This document shows positions 16,365-26,004 of a stretch of 46,716 nt of DNA, piece after piece. The translations under genes and the position numbers were made by a program. Within the stretch, counting starts at the first letter, position 1. Every line of letters starts with the position of its first letter. This stretch comes from a virus (lineage: Duplodnaviria; Caudoviricetes). The notes beneath the pieces are model-generated. The model worked only from the letters and a program-made list of their open reading frames with translations. It searched no databases and was not told the DNA's origin. Location: the IMG/VR virus record IMGVR_UViG_3300042208_000036, positions 1 through 46,716 of that record, one strand, 5' to 3'.

Positions 16365-17969
16365 TTAAAGCTTATTAAGTCTTTTTTGTATTTGGTCCAT
16401 CTTTTCAAATACATCATCTTCAATACTTGAAGCTAGTCTTTTAAGTTCATTTGATAAATAGCTTTTTTGTTTTAGCTTACAAGCTTGAATAAAATCTTCT
16501 TTATCGTAAACAATGATATCATCTCGTATCAGTATTGGTCGTAAGTTTTCATCTTCTAGCCTGTCATCCATTATTGCTTGAAACATTTTATTATGTTCAT
16601 ACACTTCATAATCAATATTACCAAACATAAGGTTTACAAAGTCTGGTTTTTCAACAAGTGTTTTAAAGAATTTCTCATCTGCTTTTGTAAGTCCATTTGT
16701 TGTTGTATATGCTGTTGGTTCTTTTTGAATTTGTGTTTGCCCCAGTGTAATGTGATGTGATGATATACTTAAAAGTTTTGATAAAAACTCTTTATGCTCT
16801 TGGGCTATAAGTAAGTTTATTGTTTTTAAATAATCTACACACTCTTTTAAAGCTTGATTCTTACTATGTGGATTATTTAAATCAAATCCATCTGCTATAA
16901 ATTTCAAAGCATATTTTATAAGAGGGATTGGTTTTTTCATGATGTCATAAAGTTCTTGAACCTTTCCATCTTTTACCATATCTGCTGGATCAAGTCCTTC
17001 CTCAAAAAGAACCACTGCTCCATCAACTTCATGTTGACTAAGTAGCACACTTGCTTTATAAGCTGCAGTTCTTCCAGCATTGTCTCCATCATAACAAAGA
17101 AGTACCTTACAACCAATTTTCTTTATAAGTGGTATGTGTTGTTCTGTTAGTGCTGTTCCCATTGTTGCCACTGCTGTTTTAATATTGGCTTGGTGCATCA
17201 TCACCACATCAAGATAACCCTCTGTTATGACCATAGTACCTTTTTTGTATATATGCTCTTTGGCGATGTTGTAGCCATACAGATTTCTACTTTTATTAAA
17301 AAGTTTTGTATCTGGTGAGTTTAAGTACTTTGCTATCTCTTTGCTTTGTTTTAGAGTTCTTCCCCCAAATCCTATAAGTTTATTTGCATGATTTCTTATA
17401 GGGAATGTGATTCTCTCTCTTAGTCTTGCATATAGCTTATCACTATTCTTTGCAAGTACTCCAATGTCTACTGCATCTTGCAGGTTTAAAAAGTTGTCTT
17501 TTAGTACTTGAATTTGAACATCACTTCTTGGGGCATAGCCTATTTCAAAAGTTTTAATACTCTCTTTTGTGATACCACGGTCCAGCAGGTATTGAAGCTT
17601 ATCTTCTTTTAAATTTATCTCGTAGAAGTTATTGATTGTTTCCATGGTGCTTAAGTAATCTGTTTTATCTACTCCTGCTTCATACTCTAGTGTAAAGTTC
17701 ATATCAGCAGCTATTTTTTCAACTGCTTCTTGAAAGTTTAATTTATCATGCTCTTGTACGAATTTAATCGCATCGCCACCACACGAACACCCAAAGCAAT
17801 GATATATTTGTTTCGTTGGCGAAACTACAAAGCTTGGAGTATCTTCTCCGTGGAAAGGACAACAAGCTTTAAAATTTGCACCAGCTTTTTTAAGCTCTAT
17901 GGAATTACCTATAACATCAACTATGTCAATTTGTACTTTAAGTGCTTCAAGTGAACTTTTTTTAATCAT
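16365..17969 (-). CDS. dnaG: DNA primase
   Basis: CHC2 zinc finger CPFH..HCFGC, KYLNSPDT, TOPRIM EGYLDV and YDGD, DPAD. Confidence 0.95.
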   Translation of the reverse strand: MIKKSSLEALKVQIDIVDVIGNSIELKKAGANFKACCPFHGEDTPSFVVSPTKQIYHCFGCSCGGDAIKFVQEHDKLNFQEAVEKIAADMNFTLEYEAGVDKTDYLSTMETINNFYEINLKEDKLQYLLDRGITKESIKTFEIGYAPRSDVQIQVLKDNFLNLQDAVDIGVLAKNSDKLYARLRERITFPIRNHANKLIGFGGRTLKQSKEIAKYLNSPDTKLFNKSRNLYGYNIAKEHIYKKGTMVITEGYLDVVMMHQANIKTAVATMGTALTEQHIPLIKKIGCKVLLCYDGDNAGRTAAYKASVLLSQHEVDGAVVLFEEGLDPADMVKDGKVQELYDIMKKPIPLIKYALKFIADGFDLNNPHSKNQALKECVDYLKTINLLIAQEHKEFLSKLLSISSHHITLGQTQIQKEPTAYTTTNGLTKADEKFFKTLVEKPDFVNLMFGNIDYEVYEHNKMFQAIMDDRLEDENLRPILIRDDIIVYDKEDFIQACKLKQKSYLSNELKRLASSIEDDVFEKMDQIQKRLNKL

Positions 17970-17972
17970 TTG

Positions 17973-18188
17973 TCAACCTATAATATCATTGTAATCTGCT
18001 TGTGATTCAAGAATATCTTTTATCGCATCGCTTCTGATTCGTATAACTCTAAGGTGGCTCTCAAGCTTTTCAATGTTTGCTGTTTTTTCTTCAATGCTTA
18101 ACTCATTGCTAGTTTTGACTTGATTTAACATTCTTTTAAAGTCTTCTGGTTTTTTACCCTCTAGCTGTTCATCTGTGTAAACTCTCAT
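17973..18188 (-). CDS. Hypothetical protein
   Basis: Tightly packed operon; overlapping start/stop. Confidence 0.65.
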   Translation of the reverse strand: MRVYTDEQLEGKKPEDFKRMLNQVKTSNELSIEEKTANIEKLESHLRVIRIRSDAIKDILESQADYNDIIG

Positions 18189-18376
18189 TTTCTATAAACC
18201 TCTATATCTGTATATTCTAAAAACTTTAAATCGTATTGCTGGTGTTCTTTTATAAAATCTACTTTGTCTCTAAAACTTAATTTTTTAAACTTCTCTTTGC
18301 TTAATGGAGTATTGCTGAAGTCTATCTCTGTCTCGAGAAGGACTTCAAGTTTTACCTTGTGGATATCTTTTTTCAT
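18185..18376 (-). CDS. Hypothetical protein
   Basis: Operon packing; likely start MKKDIH. Confidence 0.6.
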   Translation of the reverse strand: MKKDIHKVKLEVLLETEIDFSNTPLSKEKFKKLSFRDKVDFIKEHQQYDLKFLEYTDIEVYRK

Positions 18377-18377
18377 G

Positions 18378-18581
18378 CTATACCTTTTGCGTGAACTCAA
18401 CTGTTGCATTTATGTAGTCTAGCTTGTATGATAAGTTAAAGTCTTTTGCTAATTTTTTTACATTTTCTTCTGTAAATTCCATATCTTTTTCTTCGCATAA
18501 AAACCATTCAGGCTTTTCTGGAAGCTCCAGCGGGAACCATAGTCCCATATAAATTGCTGTAATTGTAGATATCTTTGTCAT
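18378..18581 (-). CDS. Hypothetical protein
   Basis: Operon packing. Confidence 0.6.
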   Translation of the reverse strand: MTKISTITAIYMGLWFPLELPEKPEWFLCEEKDMEFTEENVKKLAKDFNLSYKLDYINATVEFTQKV

Positions 18582-19090
18582 TTGTTTTTCCTTTTTCTAT
18601 TATTGTTTTTTGGTCTTTTGTATTGAAGTTTTGTAAGAGAATCGTATATATCTCCTGCGACTCTCAAGTACTTACTGCTGTTTGCTTTTTTACTTAATAT
18701 AAATTTATCTATCGCATCTGTAAATGGTATAAATTTAAATTGTTTATAACCTCTAAGAGTGAACTCTTGGAGTACTGATAAAATAACTAGAGCAGGAATC
18801 CATCCCTCTCCAGTCTTTACATGCTTTTTAATTGTTTCTCCGATTGAATCATAAAACTTTTTTATTTGTGGAAATCTCACATATAAAATAAGCATATCAT
18901 CATAGGTGTAGTGCTGTTCTTCTACGATGCTTTTGATTGAAAGTAAGGTATTTCTTACAAAGTCATCTTTGTCTTCAATTACCTTTTCTCCTTTATCTTC
19001 TTTTTCTGCTTCTTCTACTATAAGTATTTCATTATGCATGTATGCACATACACTCATAAATTTTAGTTTTCTGTTGTCAATCAAAAACAT
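18578..19090 (-). CDS. Hypothetical protein
   Basis: 170-aa ORF within the operon. Confidence 0.7.
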   Translation of the reverse strand: MFLIDNRKLKFMSVCAYMHNEILIVEEAEKEDKGEKVIEDKDDFVRNTLLSIKSIVEEQHYTYDDMLILYVRFPQIKKFYDSIGETIKKHVKTGEGWIPALVILSVLQEFTLRGYKQFKFIPFTDAIDKFILSKKANSSKYLRVAGDIYDSLTKLQYKRPKNNNRKRKNK

Positions 19091-19093
19091 TAA

Positions 19094-19714
19094 CTAGCCT
19101 TTTATGATACACTTCTCATAGTCTGCTTTATACCAAAGCTTTTTATGCTCTTCATCTGTAAATTTTTCCCATTTGCCAGTTTCTGGATTTGTTGCACCTT
19201 TTCTACTGCTTACTTCTGCTATTGTTTCTTCCATGCATTTTTTTGCATCGTACCCTGCTTGTTCTGTAAAATTAATATTAAAAACATTCATATCACAACT
19301 TGCATCTATTACTGTATTCATGTTAAGTTCTTCTGGATAAAAATAGTACAGTCCCATAAATTCTTTTACTTTTCGTTCTATCTGTTCATCCCTGTAATGC
19401 ATCAACTCAAACAGTTCCTCTATTAAACATCTCACATGCGTTTTATGGTCATAGCCTTTTATTCCTCTATCTTTTCTCCAGCTCTTTAGGTTTTGAAATA
19501 TAGAAAATGATTTATCTTGTTTTAAAATATTTTCAAGTTGTTCATTGTAAGAATTTGCATCTGTACATTCTATAACTACCGGTTGACTAGAGACAAAGTC
19601 TCCAACATATATAATTGCTATTTGCAATAACTCTTTATTTGTTCCACATAATATAGGTGTCATCTTATCTTCTCCTAATTTTAGTTTGTTTCCCTCTAAA
19701 GAAATTTTTATCAA
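19094..19714 (-). CDS. MazG-like (all-alpha) NTP pyrophosphohydrolase
   Basis: LIEELFEL...IDASCD...MEETIAEVSSR...GKWEK pattern. Confidence 0.6.
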   Translation of the reverse strand: MIKISLEGNKLKLGEDKMTPILCGTNKELLQIAIIYVGDFVSSQPVVIECTDANSYNEQLENILKQDKSFSIFQNLKSWRKDRGIKGYDHKTHVRCLIEELFELMHYRDEQIERKVKEFMGLYYFYPEELNMNTVIDASCDMNVFNINFTEQAGYDAKKCMEETIAEVSSRKGATNPETGKWEKFTDEEHKKLWYKADYEKCIIKG

Positions 19715-19874
19715 AAGTTCCTTTTTTGGGTTTTTCTTCTTTTATTTCTTTTTCTTCTGGATGTAATTGTTCATTCCAGTATTTGTCAATATTAAGCCCA
19801 CACTCTTCGCAGTATGTAACACTTAAATTTTCATGCTGATGTTTGCATCTTGGACAATGTTTATAATTTGTCAT
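19665..19874 (-). CDS. Zinc-ribbon protein
   Basis: CPRC...CEEC; AGGA RBS before MTNYKH. Confidence 0.6.
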   Translation of the reverse strand: MTNYKHCPRCKHQHENLSVTYCEECGLNIDKYWNEQLHPEEKEIKEEKPKKGTFDKNFFRGKQTKIRRR

Positions 19875-19952
19875 TTCTTTTCCTCTTGTAAATGTATATA
19901 TACAGCTCTTGAAACTATGTATCCAAGAACAAAGTAAATAAAGCACTCCATT

Positions 19953-20222
19953 TTAATTCCTAACAATATTGTTTTTCAAATCTTCAAGTATAGATTCGAC
20001 ATCTTGATAAATACTTCCCTCGCTCATTAAAAGAGTTGTTTTTCTATTTGGAATATTGATTTGATATTCAATTTGAGTATCATCAAATGTTATGTTCATT
20101 TTTATTGTTTTTATTTTTCCTTGAATAATTTCATTTCCATGTAATATAAAAACAAAATCTTCAGGACTAAATTTTGTTTCAATTTTCATCTTCTTTTTCC
20201 TCTGGATACTGTATAAATCCAC
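19953..20222 (-). CDS. Hypothetical phage protein
   Basis: MKIETKFSPEDFVF-type small beta protein; true start probably ~20189. Confidence 0.6.
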   Translation of the reverse strand: MDLYSIQRKKKMKIETKFSPEDFVFILHGNEIIQGKIKTIKMNITFDDTQIEYQINIPNRKTTLLMSEGSIYQDVESILEDLKNNIVRN

Positions 20223-20622
20223 CCATCAGCTCTGTTATCTTTTCAAAGTCTTCTCTGCTGATATTATTCTTTTCGACATCATATGAACAGCAGTTTATGC
20301 ATAGCTCATAGTATTCATTATCTTCAAGCTCTTTGCTCTTTTTTGGATGCCATATCCTAAGCTGTCCATCTCCTAAGAAATGAAGAAGCCAACCATCTTT
20401 TTTAAATAGTTCTTGCTCTATAATGCTTATTGTTTCGTTTGCTTTTTCATGCTCGAAACATGCATCTGTTATAGAAGAAGAGATATCCCTTAGTACTTCA
20501 TTTTTTCTCTCTTCTTTTTTTTCTATATCATTTTTTATTCTTGTGATGCTGTCTATCAAAGTGCTAAGTTCATCTGTACTTATTTCGCTGTATTTGATGT
20601 CATCTATTATTCTATTTATCAT
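20179..20622 (-). CDS. Hypothetical protein
   Basis: Operon packing. Confidence 0.65.
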   Translation of the reverse strand: MINRIIDDIKYSEISTDELSTLIDSITRIKNDIEKKEERKNEVLRDISSSITDACFEHEKANETISIIEQELFKKDGWLLHFLGDGQLRIWHPKKSKELEDNEYYELCINCCSYDVEKNNISREDFEKITELMGGFIQYPEEKEDEN

Positions 20623-20869
20623 GCTGTTCGAACTCCTCTACAATATATTTGCTGTCTTTTTTAAACTTTTCTATATTCTCTAGTGTGCTGAATTTACCAT
20701 CAATTTTATTTTTAACTATCTCGTAACCGCTTTTGTGTTTTAGTATGACAATGTCTGCATTATGAGCTTTTTCGTTGCTTCCAAATACTTTATTTGCATT
20801 CGGCTGCATTATTACTAATACTTTTATTTTGTTTCTATTTTTAACTGCTGTTTCAATATCTTCTAACAT
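20612..20869 (-). CDS. Hypothetical protein
   Basis: AGGAG RBS; operon packing. Confidence 0.65.
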   Translation of the reverse strand: MLEDIETAVKNRNKIKVLVIMQPNANKVFGSNEKAHNADIVILKHKSGYEIVKNKIDGKFSTLENIEKFKKDSKYIVEEFEQHDK

Positions 20870-20870
20870 C

Positions 20871-21056
20871 TTATTCTCCTAATTCTTCTTTTATATCTCT
20901 AATTCTTAATTTTCTCAGTAGTCGTTGCTCTTCTCTAATTTCTTTTTCATCTTCAGTTTTATCTACAAAAAGGAAAGATTTCCCACCTCTTACATATTCT
21001 TTGTAGTCAATCCATGTCAATGTTGAAACTAATATCATAAATCCTATGTATGTCAT
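20871..21056 (-). CDS. Small membrane-anchored protein
   Basis: N-terminal hydrophobic segment; overlapping start/stop. Confidence 0.6.
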   Translation of the reverse strand: MTYIGFMILVSTLTWIDYKEYVRGGKSFLFVDKTEDEKEIREEQRLLRKLRIRDIKEELGE

Positions 21057-21235
21057 TTTTTATCTTTCTCTTTTTCTTTCACTATATATTTACCTTTTCT
21101 CCTGCTTACTGTTACTAGTTCTTGATTTAAGGCATGTTGTAAAATCTGAATAAAAGAATCTTTACTCATTGTTACCCCCCCCTCAAAAAACAAATTATTT
21201 ATATTTAATTCAATGATGTTGTTATTGTTTGCCAT
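21053..21235 (-). CDS. Hypothetical protein containing a G8 tract
   Basis: AGGAG RBS before MANNNN. Confidence 0.6.
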   Translation of the reverse strand: MANNNNIIELNINNLFFEGGVTMSKDSFIQILQHALNQELVTVSRRKGKYIVKEKEKDKK

Positions 21236-21236
21236 C

Positions 21237-22067
21237 TTATTCTCCTGTTTTAAAATGTTTGATAGCCACATTAATAGCTTCACTTTTGTTTAAGTGTCCA
21301 TCTGTATAAAATATACCTTGGTAAGATTTTTTATAACCTCTATATACCTCTACACTCCAATTTGTCATTTTTTGCCAACTCAGAGAAACATTTAGATCTC
21401 TATTTAAGCAGTATTCCTCAAGCTCTGCAAATATATCAGGAGTTTCTAAATTGTTTAATGTATTTTGAATAAGTTCTGGAGTCTCAATGTTTAAATATCT
21501 CTTTGTAATAATATTGCTTAACTCTTTTGTAGCTCTGATATCATCTAATGCATTATGTGCTTCAAGTTCTATATTAAAGTACTCGCATGTGATTTCAAGT
21601 TTATCACTTGGTGTGTCTATGAAGTCCATGTATTTTAAAAACTTTACAAGTGCAAAAACATCAAGCTCTTTATAATTGAAATAAGAACCATAAAACTTAT
21701 GATTATTGTCTTTAAACCATTCTTGAATAAATCCTGTATCAAAAGCTGTGTTATAGCCATTTACTATAAACTTATCCTCTTTATCAAATTTATCAATGTA
21801 CTTGTCTAGTATCTCAATAAATGTGTTAAAACAATCAACGCTATCTGCGTAATCATCTGATGTGATTTCATCAAGTGTTTTGTTGCTTATGTCTAGTGCT
21901 TTTTGGTCTACTTCTACTTCTTTATTGTATGTAAGTGGATTAATTTTAAATAATCCACTCTCAAGCTCTTCTCCATCAACTTCTATAATATAAGCTAACT
22001 CTCTCATGCCGTGTTTAACTTTGTCTAGTCCTGTTGTCTCCGTGTCTATATAAATTACTTTTTTCAT
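21237..22067 (-). CDS. DEDDh 3'-5' exonuclease (DnaQ-like)
   Basis: IDTETTGL, GYNTAFD, AHNALDD motifs. Confidence 0.9.
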   Translation of the reverse strand: MKKVIYIDTETTGLDKVKHGMRELAYIIEVDGEELESGLFKINPLTYNKEVEVDQKALDISNKTLDEITSDDYADSVDCFNTFIEILDKYIDKFDKEDKFIVNGYNTAFDTGFIQEWFKDNNHKFYGSYFNYKELDVFALVKFLKYMDFIDTPSDKLEITCEYFNIELEAHNALDDIRATKELSNIITKRYLNIETPELIQNTLNNLETPDIFAELEEYCLNRDLNVSLSWQKMTNWSVEVYRGYKKSYQGIFYTDGHLNKSEAINVAIKHFKTGE

Positions 22068-22579
22068 TTTGAATCCTCTTTAAAGTCTGGGTTATATTTA
22101 GTTTCAATAAATTCAACTGGCATAAAAATATTGTCAACTATTGGATTTTCTAGAAATTTATCTTTTACTGTAAATCTAAAGCCTTTACCTAATGTTTCAA
22201 ATAGACCATAACTCTTCCAGTTGCATATTTTTCCATCCTTATCTTTGTAACCGCTATTACACTCATAAGGACTTGTTTGTGTTTGTCCACACGCTGGGCA
22301 AATAAATTTTTTAGATTTTACTGCTTCCATTAATTCTTCTTGTGTTTCAAAAACTTTTACTTTGTCATCTAGCTTAGGGAAGTTGGCTTCTTGATAATAG
22401 TTTGCTGACCAGTAGTTTCTTTTGTCTTCAAAAGCTTGTAATATATCTCTTTTATCTATTTCTAAAAACTTGCTATAGCTTTCAACCATTTCTTTAATCC
22501 ACTCAAGCTTTTTATTAAACCGTTCATCATCATTTAGATTTACTCTTATTTGTTCTATTAATTCTTCGTATGTTTTCAT
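22064..22579 (-). CDS. Conserved phage protein with Cys cluster
   Basis: RNYWSANYYQEANFP, CPACG..PYEC..CNWKSYGLF; AAGGA RBS before MKTYEE. Confidence 0.75.
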   Translation of the reverse strand: MKTYEELIEQIRVNLNDDERFNKKLEWIKEMVESYSKFLEIDKRDILQAFEDKRNYWSANYYQEANFPKLDDKVKVFETQEELMEAVKSKKFICPACGQTQTSPYECNSGYKDKDGKICNWKSYGLFETLGKGFRFTVKDKFLENPIVDNIFMPVEFIETKYNPDFKEDSK

Positions 22580-22608
22580 ATTATTCCTTTCTATCTGTTC
22601 GCTTTCGC

Positions 22609-23634
22609 TCACTTCTCAAGTTTCAAGCTGTCACAAGCGAAACGAGAACCAATGTGCCAATACGAATACCAAACGTAATTGTTCCAAGCCGAGCAACGTG
22701 ACCCAGCATGCGCCCCACTGTCACGATTGCCACCAAGTATGAATCTGTCATCATCTTCACTTTCTTCGCCATAAGATGTGCTGCTCCATACCCACTGTAC
22801 CCCTGCAGCTTGTTCAATTCCATATTTAGATACAAAGTCAGGAATATGTTTTGTAGTGCCATCATCTAGGTCTCTTGCACTATCATTTTCTTTTACTCCA
22901 TCCATAGCTACTTGAAATTCATCTTTTGTTAAAAGTCTTTTTCTATGTGCTTTTGCTATCGCATCTATGACTGCACCTTTAAAATCTTCATAACCGTCTG
23001 GTATTTTTCTACCGTTATTGTTGCTTCCTGCTGCAATATGTTTACCAGCTTTTGATGTTCCATATTTTTTGTGTTCACTGTTAGTTAAATAAATATCTAC
23101 CCATATCTTTAGTTTTGGAATATAAACCATTCCTGATGGATCACATATTGGTCTATGTTTTTTATCCCAAATGCTATAGGCATTGATACCTCTTATTTTC
23201 TTGACTTGTTTTTGCGTTATGTTATTTCTAGCTTCAAAGTCTTCTGGTATAAGTCCATAGTGAAATCCACCGATAACTGAATATTCATCAAATTCTTCTG
23301 TGTCTGCTTGAGCAATAGAATATTTGTCATCTGCATCTTTTAAAACGCAATAATCTGTTCCAGCTTTTTTAAATTCATTTGTTTTTGGAAGATTGTTTAA
23401 CGATAGCCTAGTTCCATCAACTTCTATTGTGTGTGAATTTACTTTTTTGATAATTGCTTTTGATTTAAACGGTTTGTCTTCTTGAAAAAGACTTGATAAT
23501 TCAATTGTATTTACGCTCATTGGAATATTTTGCTGCTGTTCTATTCCTGTAATAAGTTTTACAATATCATTTGCATCAAAATCAGTTTTAACTGATACCT
23601 CTGTACCTTTTGTTTTTATATTGATTTTTGTCAT
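22609..23634 (-). CDS. Second (remote) DGR target: Mtd-like/C-type-lectin-fold protein
   Basis: Paralog of 30072..31181 (AGTDY, GGFHYGLIPE, IRGINAYS, GIEQAAGVQ); C-terminal VR. Confidence 0.9.
   Translation of the reverse strand: MTKINIKTKGTEVSVKTDFDANDIVKLITGIEQQQNIPMSVNTIELSSLFQEDKPFKSKAIIKKVNSHTIEVDGTRLSLNNLPKTNEFKKAGTDYCVLKDADDKYSIAQADTEEFDEYSVIGGFHYGLIPEDFEARNNITQKQVKKIRGINAYSIWDKKHRPICDPSGMVYIPKLKIWVDIYLTNSEHKKYGTSKAGKHIAAGSNNNGRKIPDGYEDFKGAVIDAIAKAHRKRLLTKDEFQVAMDGVKENDSARDLDDGTTKHIPDFVSKYGIEQAAGVQWVWSSTSYGEESEDDDRFILGGNRDSGAHAGSRCSAWNNYVWYSYWHIGSRFACDSLKLEK
22631..22740 (-). repeat. DGR variable repeat VR2
   Basis: 110 bp against TR with 8 mismatches, all at TR adenines. Confidence 0.95.
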
Positions 23635-23820
23635 CTTGTTTCTCCTTTTATTAGCTGACTTGAAGTCAACTTATAAGAGTACCTATTCAGTTTTTTTACA
23701 TTGAAACAAGATGTAAAGATTGTACGGAGGAAGAATTTATTCTCTGAATAGATACTCATATAAATAGACTTTAAAAGTTTCGTGAACGAAAAAAGCCGAG
23801 CTTCTGCTGACCGCATTTGG

Positions 23821-24118
23821 TCGGCAAAAACTCGGCAATTATTTTCCCTTTTTTGTCCTAGTTGTAGTGAAATTGGAGTGAAATCAAGTGTAAGTGCTTC
23901 TATGTTTTTAATATGTGTAAAAGTCCCGCTATTGCATTGCTTTTCGTGTTTTAGCTGTTTATAAGTTTGTTTTGATAGAATTTCGCCAATGAATGTCGCT
24001 TCGGACTCATAAGCCGGAGGTCGGGGGTTCAAGTCCCCCCCTTGACACCACTTCTTATCGGCTTCATAGCAATTTTCAAAAAAATCAAAAAACTTACTCG
24101 GCAAAAACTCGGCAATTA
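23821..24118. repeat. Integrase arm-type sites flanking the attP core
   Basis: TCGGCAAAAACTCGGCAATTA at 23821-23841 and 24098-24118; inverted AAAAGCCGAG at 23791. Confidence 0.75.
24001..24050 (+). other. attP core: 3' half of tRNA-Met(CAT)
   Basis: CTCATAA anticodon loop, GGGGG-TTCAAGT-CCCCC T arm, CTTGACACCA end. The 5' half is absent; the integrase is adjacent. Confidence 0.85.
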
Positions 24119-25327
24119 ATAACATGACTCTTGCTTCTCCTTTTCATTTACAATATAGAAAAAGTTGTTAGCCATTTCAATATCTTTTTTACTACTTTCG
24201 TGAGTAAAATATACATCATTTAAAACTCTTGAGCTTTGTGTCCATCCTCCAACAGATTTTAACCATGCTTCATCAGCTCCGTTGTTTTTCATGATAGTTA
24301 CATAAGTATGTCTTGATGTATATAAATCTTTGTCTTCGATTTTTGTTTTGTTTAGCAGTGGCTTCCAATAATATTTATTAACTGTTTTACTATCACTAAA
24401 GCAAGTATTATATTTGCTAACAAATACCCATTTATCTTGAGTTCTCTCTTCAAAATGTTTCATAAGCATATCTCTTGTTGTATGGTCCAACGGTATAAGT
24501 CTTGTGTGATTTTTAGTTTTATTAGTATTGTTGTTTTCTACAATTTGGTAGTCATTGTTTACAAAGTCTTCAATTGTAGAATTTCCAGACTTTTCTGTCA
24601 CTCTACCTTTTGTTATAGACCTTTTTAAATCAATAAAGCCATTGTTGAAGTCTATATCATCCCACATCAATCCTATAGCTTCTCCAGTTCTTACTCCAGT
24701 ACTAAAGATTAAATATAGGAATACTTTGAACCATCCCTCGCTCTCTTTGATAAGTGTAGTAACTTCTCCAGCTGTGTAAGGAACTCTTTTCTTTGTTGTA
24801 ACAGTTATTGCATCTGCTAGTGCTACATAATTTTTGTGAATAATATCATCGGCTACTGCTTTGTTCATTATTAGACTTAAGGTGTCTTTGCATTTTTTGG
24901 TTGTGCTTGTTGACCTTTTCTCAAGCATGAAGTTTTGCCACATTTCTATTTCTGTTGTTTTTATGTCTTCGATATAAAACAACTTTTTAGCTTCAAAATA
25001 AGGGAGTATATGATTTTTTAAATATCCCTCTTTTTCCTTTTGTGTATTTGTGTTTCGACCTCTTGCTGTAGCTTCAATAACTTTTAGACCATAAGATTCA
25101 AGATTTGTTTTTTCCTGTTTCGTATTTTCTTTATCAATAAGTTTTAAAAGAACGTCTCTGTGATTCTTTTTGATCCATGCAATATTTAATTTAGTAGCTT
25201 CTTTCCCTGTTGATTTTCTATAAAACTTTCCATCAACAGTTCCAAGAACATAAATTATATTACCGTCTTCAAGTTCTCCAGTAGTTTTGTTTCTCTTTTT
25301 TGGGATATCCCAACCTTTACCTCGCAT
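24116..25327 (-). CDS. int: Tyrosine integrase
   Basis: TGVRTGE (R), YTSRHT, GGW, VY catalytic motifs; beside attP. Confidence 0.95.
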   Translation of the reverse strand: MRGKGWDIPKKRNKTTGELEDGNIIYVLGTVDGKFYRKSTGKEATKLNIAWIKKNHRDVLLKLIDKENTKQEKTNLESYGLKVIEATARGRNTNTQKEKEGYLKNHILPYFEAKKLFYIEDIKTTEIEMWQNFMLEKRSTSTTKKCKDTLSLIMNKAVADDIIHKNYVALADAITVTTKKRVPYTAGEVTTLIKESEGWFKVFLYLIFSTGVRTGEAIGLMWDDIDFNNGFIDLKRSITKGRVTEKSGNSTIEDFVNNDYQIVENNNTNKTKNHTRLIPLDHTTRDMLMKHFEERTQDKWVFVSKYNTCFSDSKTVNKYYWKPLLNKTKIEDKDLYTSRHTYVTIMKNNGADEAWLKSVGGWTQSSRVLNDVYFTHESSKKDIEMANNFFYIVNEKEKQESCY

Positions 25328-25622
25328 AATGTCTCCTTATACGAAGCACCACATCTTGTTTCACGTATATTTTACCGCCTTTTTTCTTGTAGTCTTCTTC
25401 TGGTTCAAAGTTAGCTATTACATATTTTCTTAAAGTGTTTGCAGCTTTTCCAGTTAAATTTGATACTTCGGATAATGATAATTCATCTGGAATAAGAGAT
25501 TTAAGCTCTTGATGTTCAGCTTTAATCTCTCTAATCTCTGATAGTATGGTAAGAAGAAGTTCTTTTTCTTCGGTTATCATTTTTTGTTTCTCCGTACATT
25601 TATTACAATGTATTTTAAACAC
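25317..25622 (-). CDS. Excisionase-like HTH protein
   Basis: LSLSEVSNLTGKAANTLRKY; overlaps the int start; true start probably 25580. Confidence 0.6.
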   Translation of the reverse strand: MFKIHCNKCTEKQKMITEEKELLLTILSEIREIKAEHQELKSLIPDELSLSEVSNLTGKAANTLRKYVIANFEPEEDYKKKGGKIYVKQDVVLRIRRHYAR

Positions 25623-25656
25623 AATAACCTTAAAAGTTTGTTAATCCGTTTTAGTT

Positions 25657-26004
25657 TTAATTAATATTTGTGGTTTGTTTTGTGGTATCAGTTTGTGTTC
25701 CTGTTCCATCTTCGGTATCACTTACCGTACTGTCTGTATATGAATGTGTATGGTTTGTATAATTTTCATTTGCGATTGTTCCATCTGAGTTAAATGTAAT
25801 CGAAAATAAATCAGCTATTGACTGTATCTTTTCTTGAATAATTTGAAGAGATTGATTTATATTGTTTATACTTTGTGTATTTGCACTAACGTCTTCATTT
25901 AGACTACCTATTGTTGTGTTTTGTAGTTCTTCAATAAGTTTATCAAGTCTTTTAGCTCTCTTGTAAGCTAGTAGTCCTAATTTATCTTTTTTTTCATCTA
26001 GCAT
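25657..26004 (-). CDS. Hypothetical coiled-coil protein
   Basis: Overlaps the spanin stop. Confidence 0.6.
   Translation of the reverse strand: MLDEKKDKLGLLAYKRAKRLDKLIEELQNTTIGSLNEDVSANTQSINNINQSLQIIQEKIQSIADLFSITFNSDGTIANENYTNHTHSYTDSTVSDTEDGTGTQTDTTKQTTNIN

Noticed and set aside
22580-22612. GTG start (MSESEQ...) for the 22064 gene
   Set aside because: This is the DGR 3' element; the ATG at 22579 has a proper RBS.
22623-22865. 80-aa alternative-frame ORF over VR2
   Set aside because: Shadow ORF; TR AAY codons are in frame with the 341-aa gene.
24001-24050. Functional tRNA gene
   Set aside because: The 5' acceptor strand and D arm are missing; it is the att core.
23631-24125. 164-aa minus-strand ORF
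   Set aside because: It spans attP; WCQGGDLNPRPPAYES is the typical antisense translation of a tRNA.
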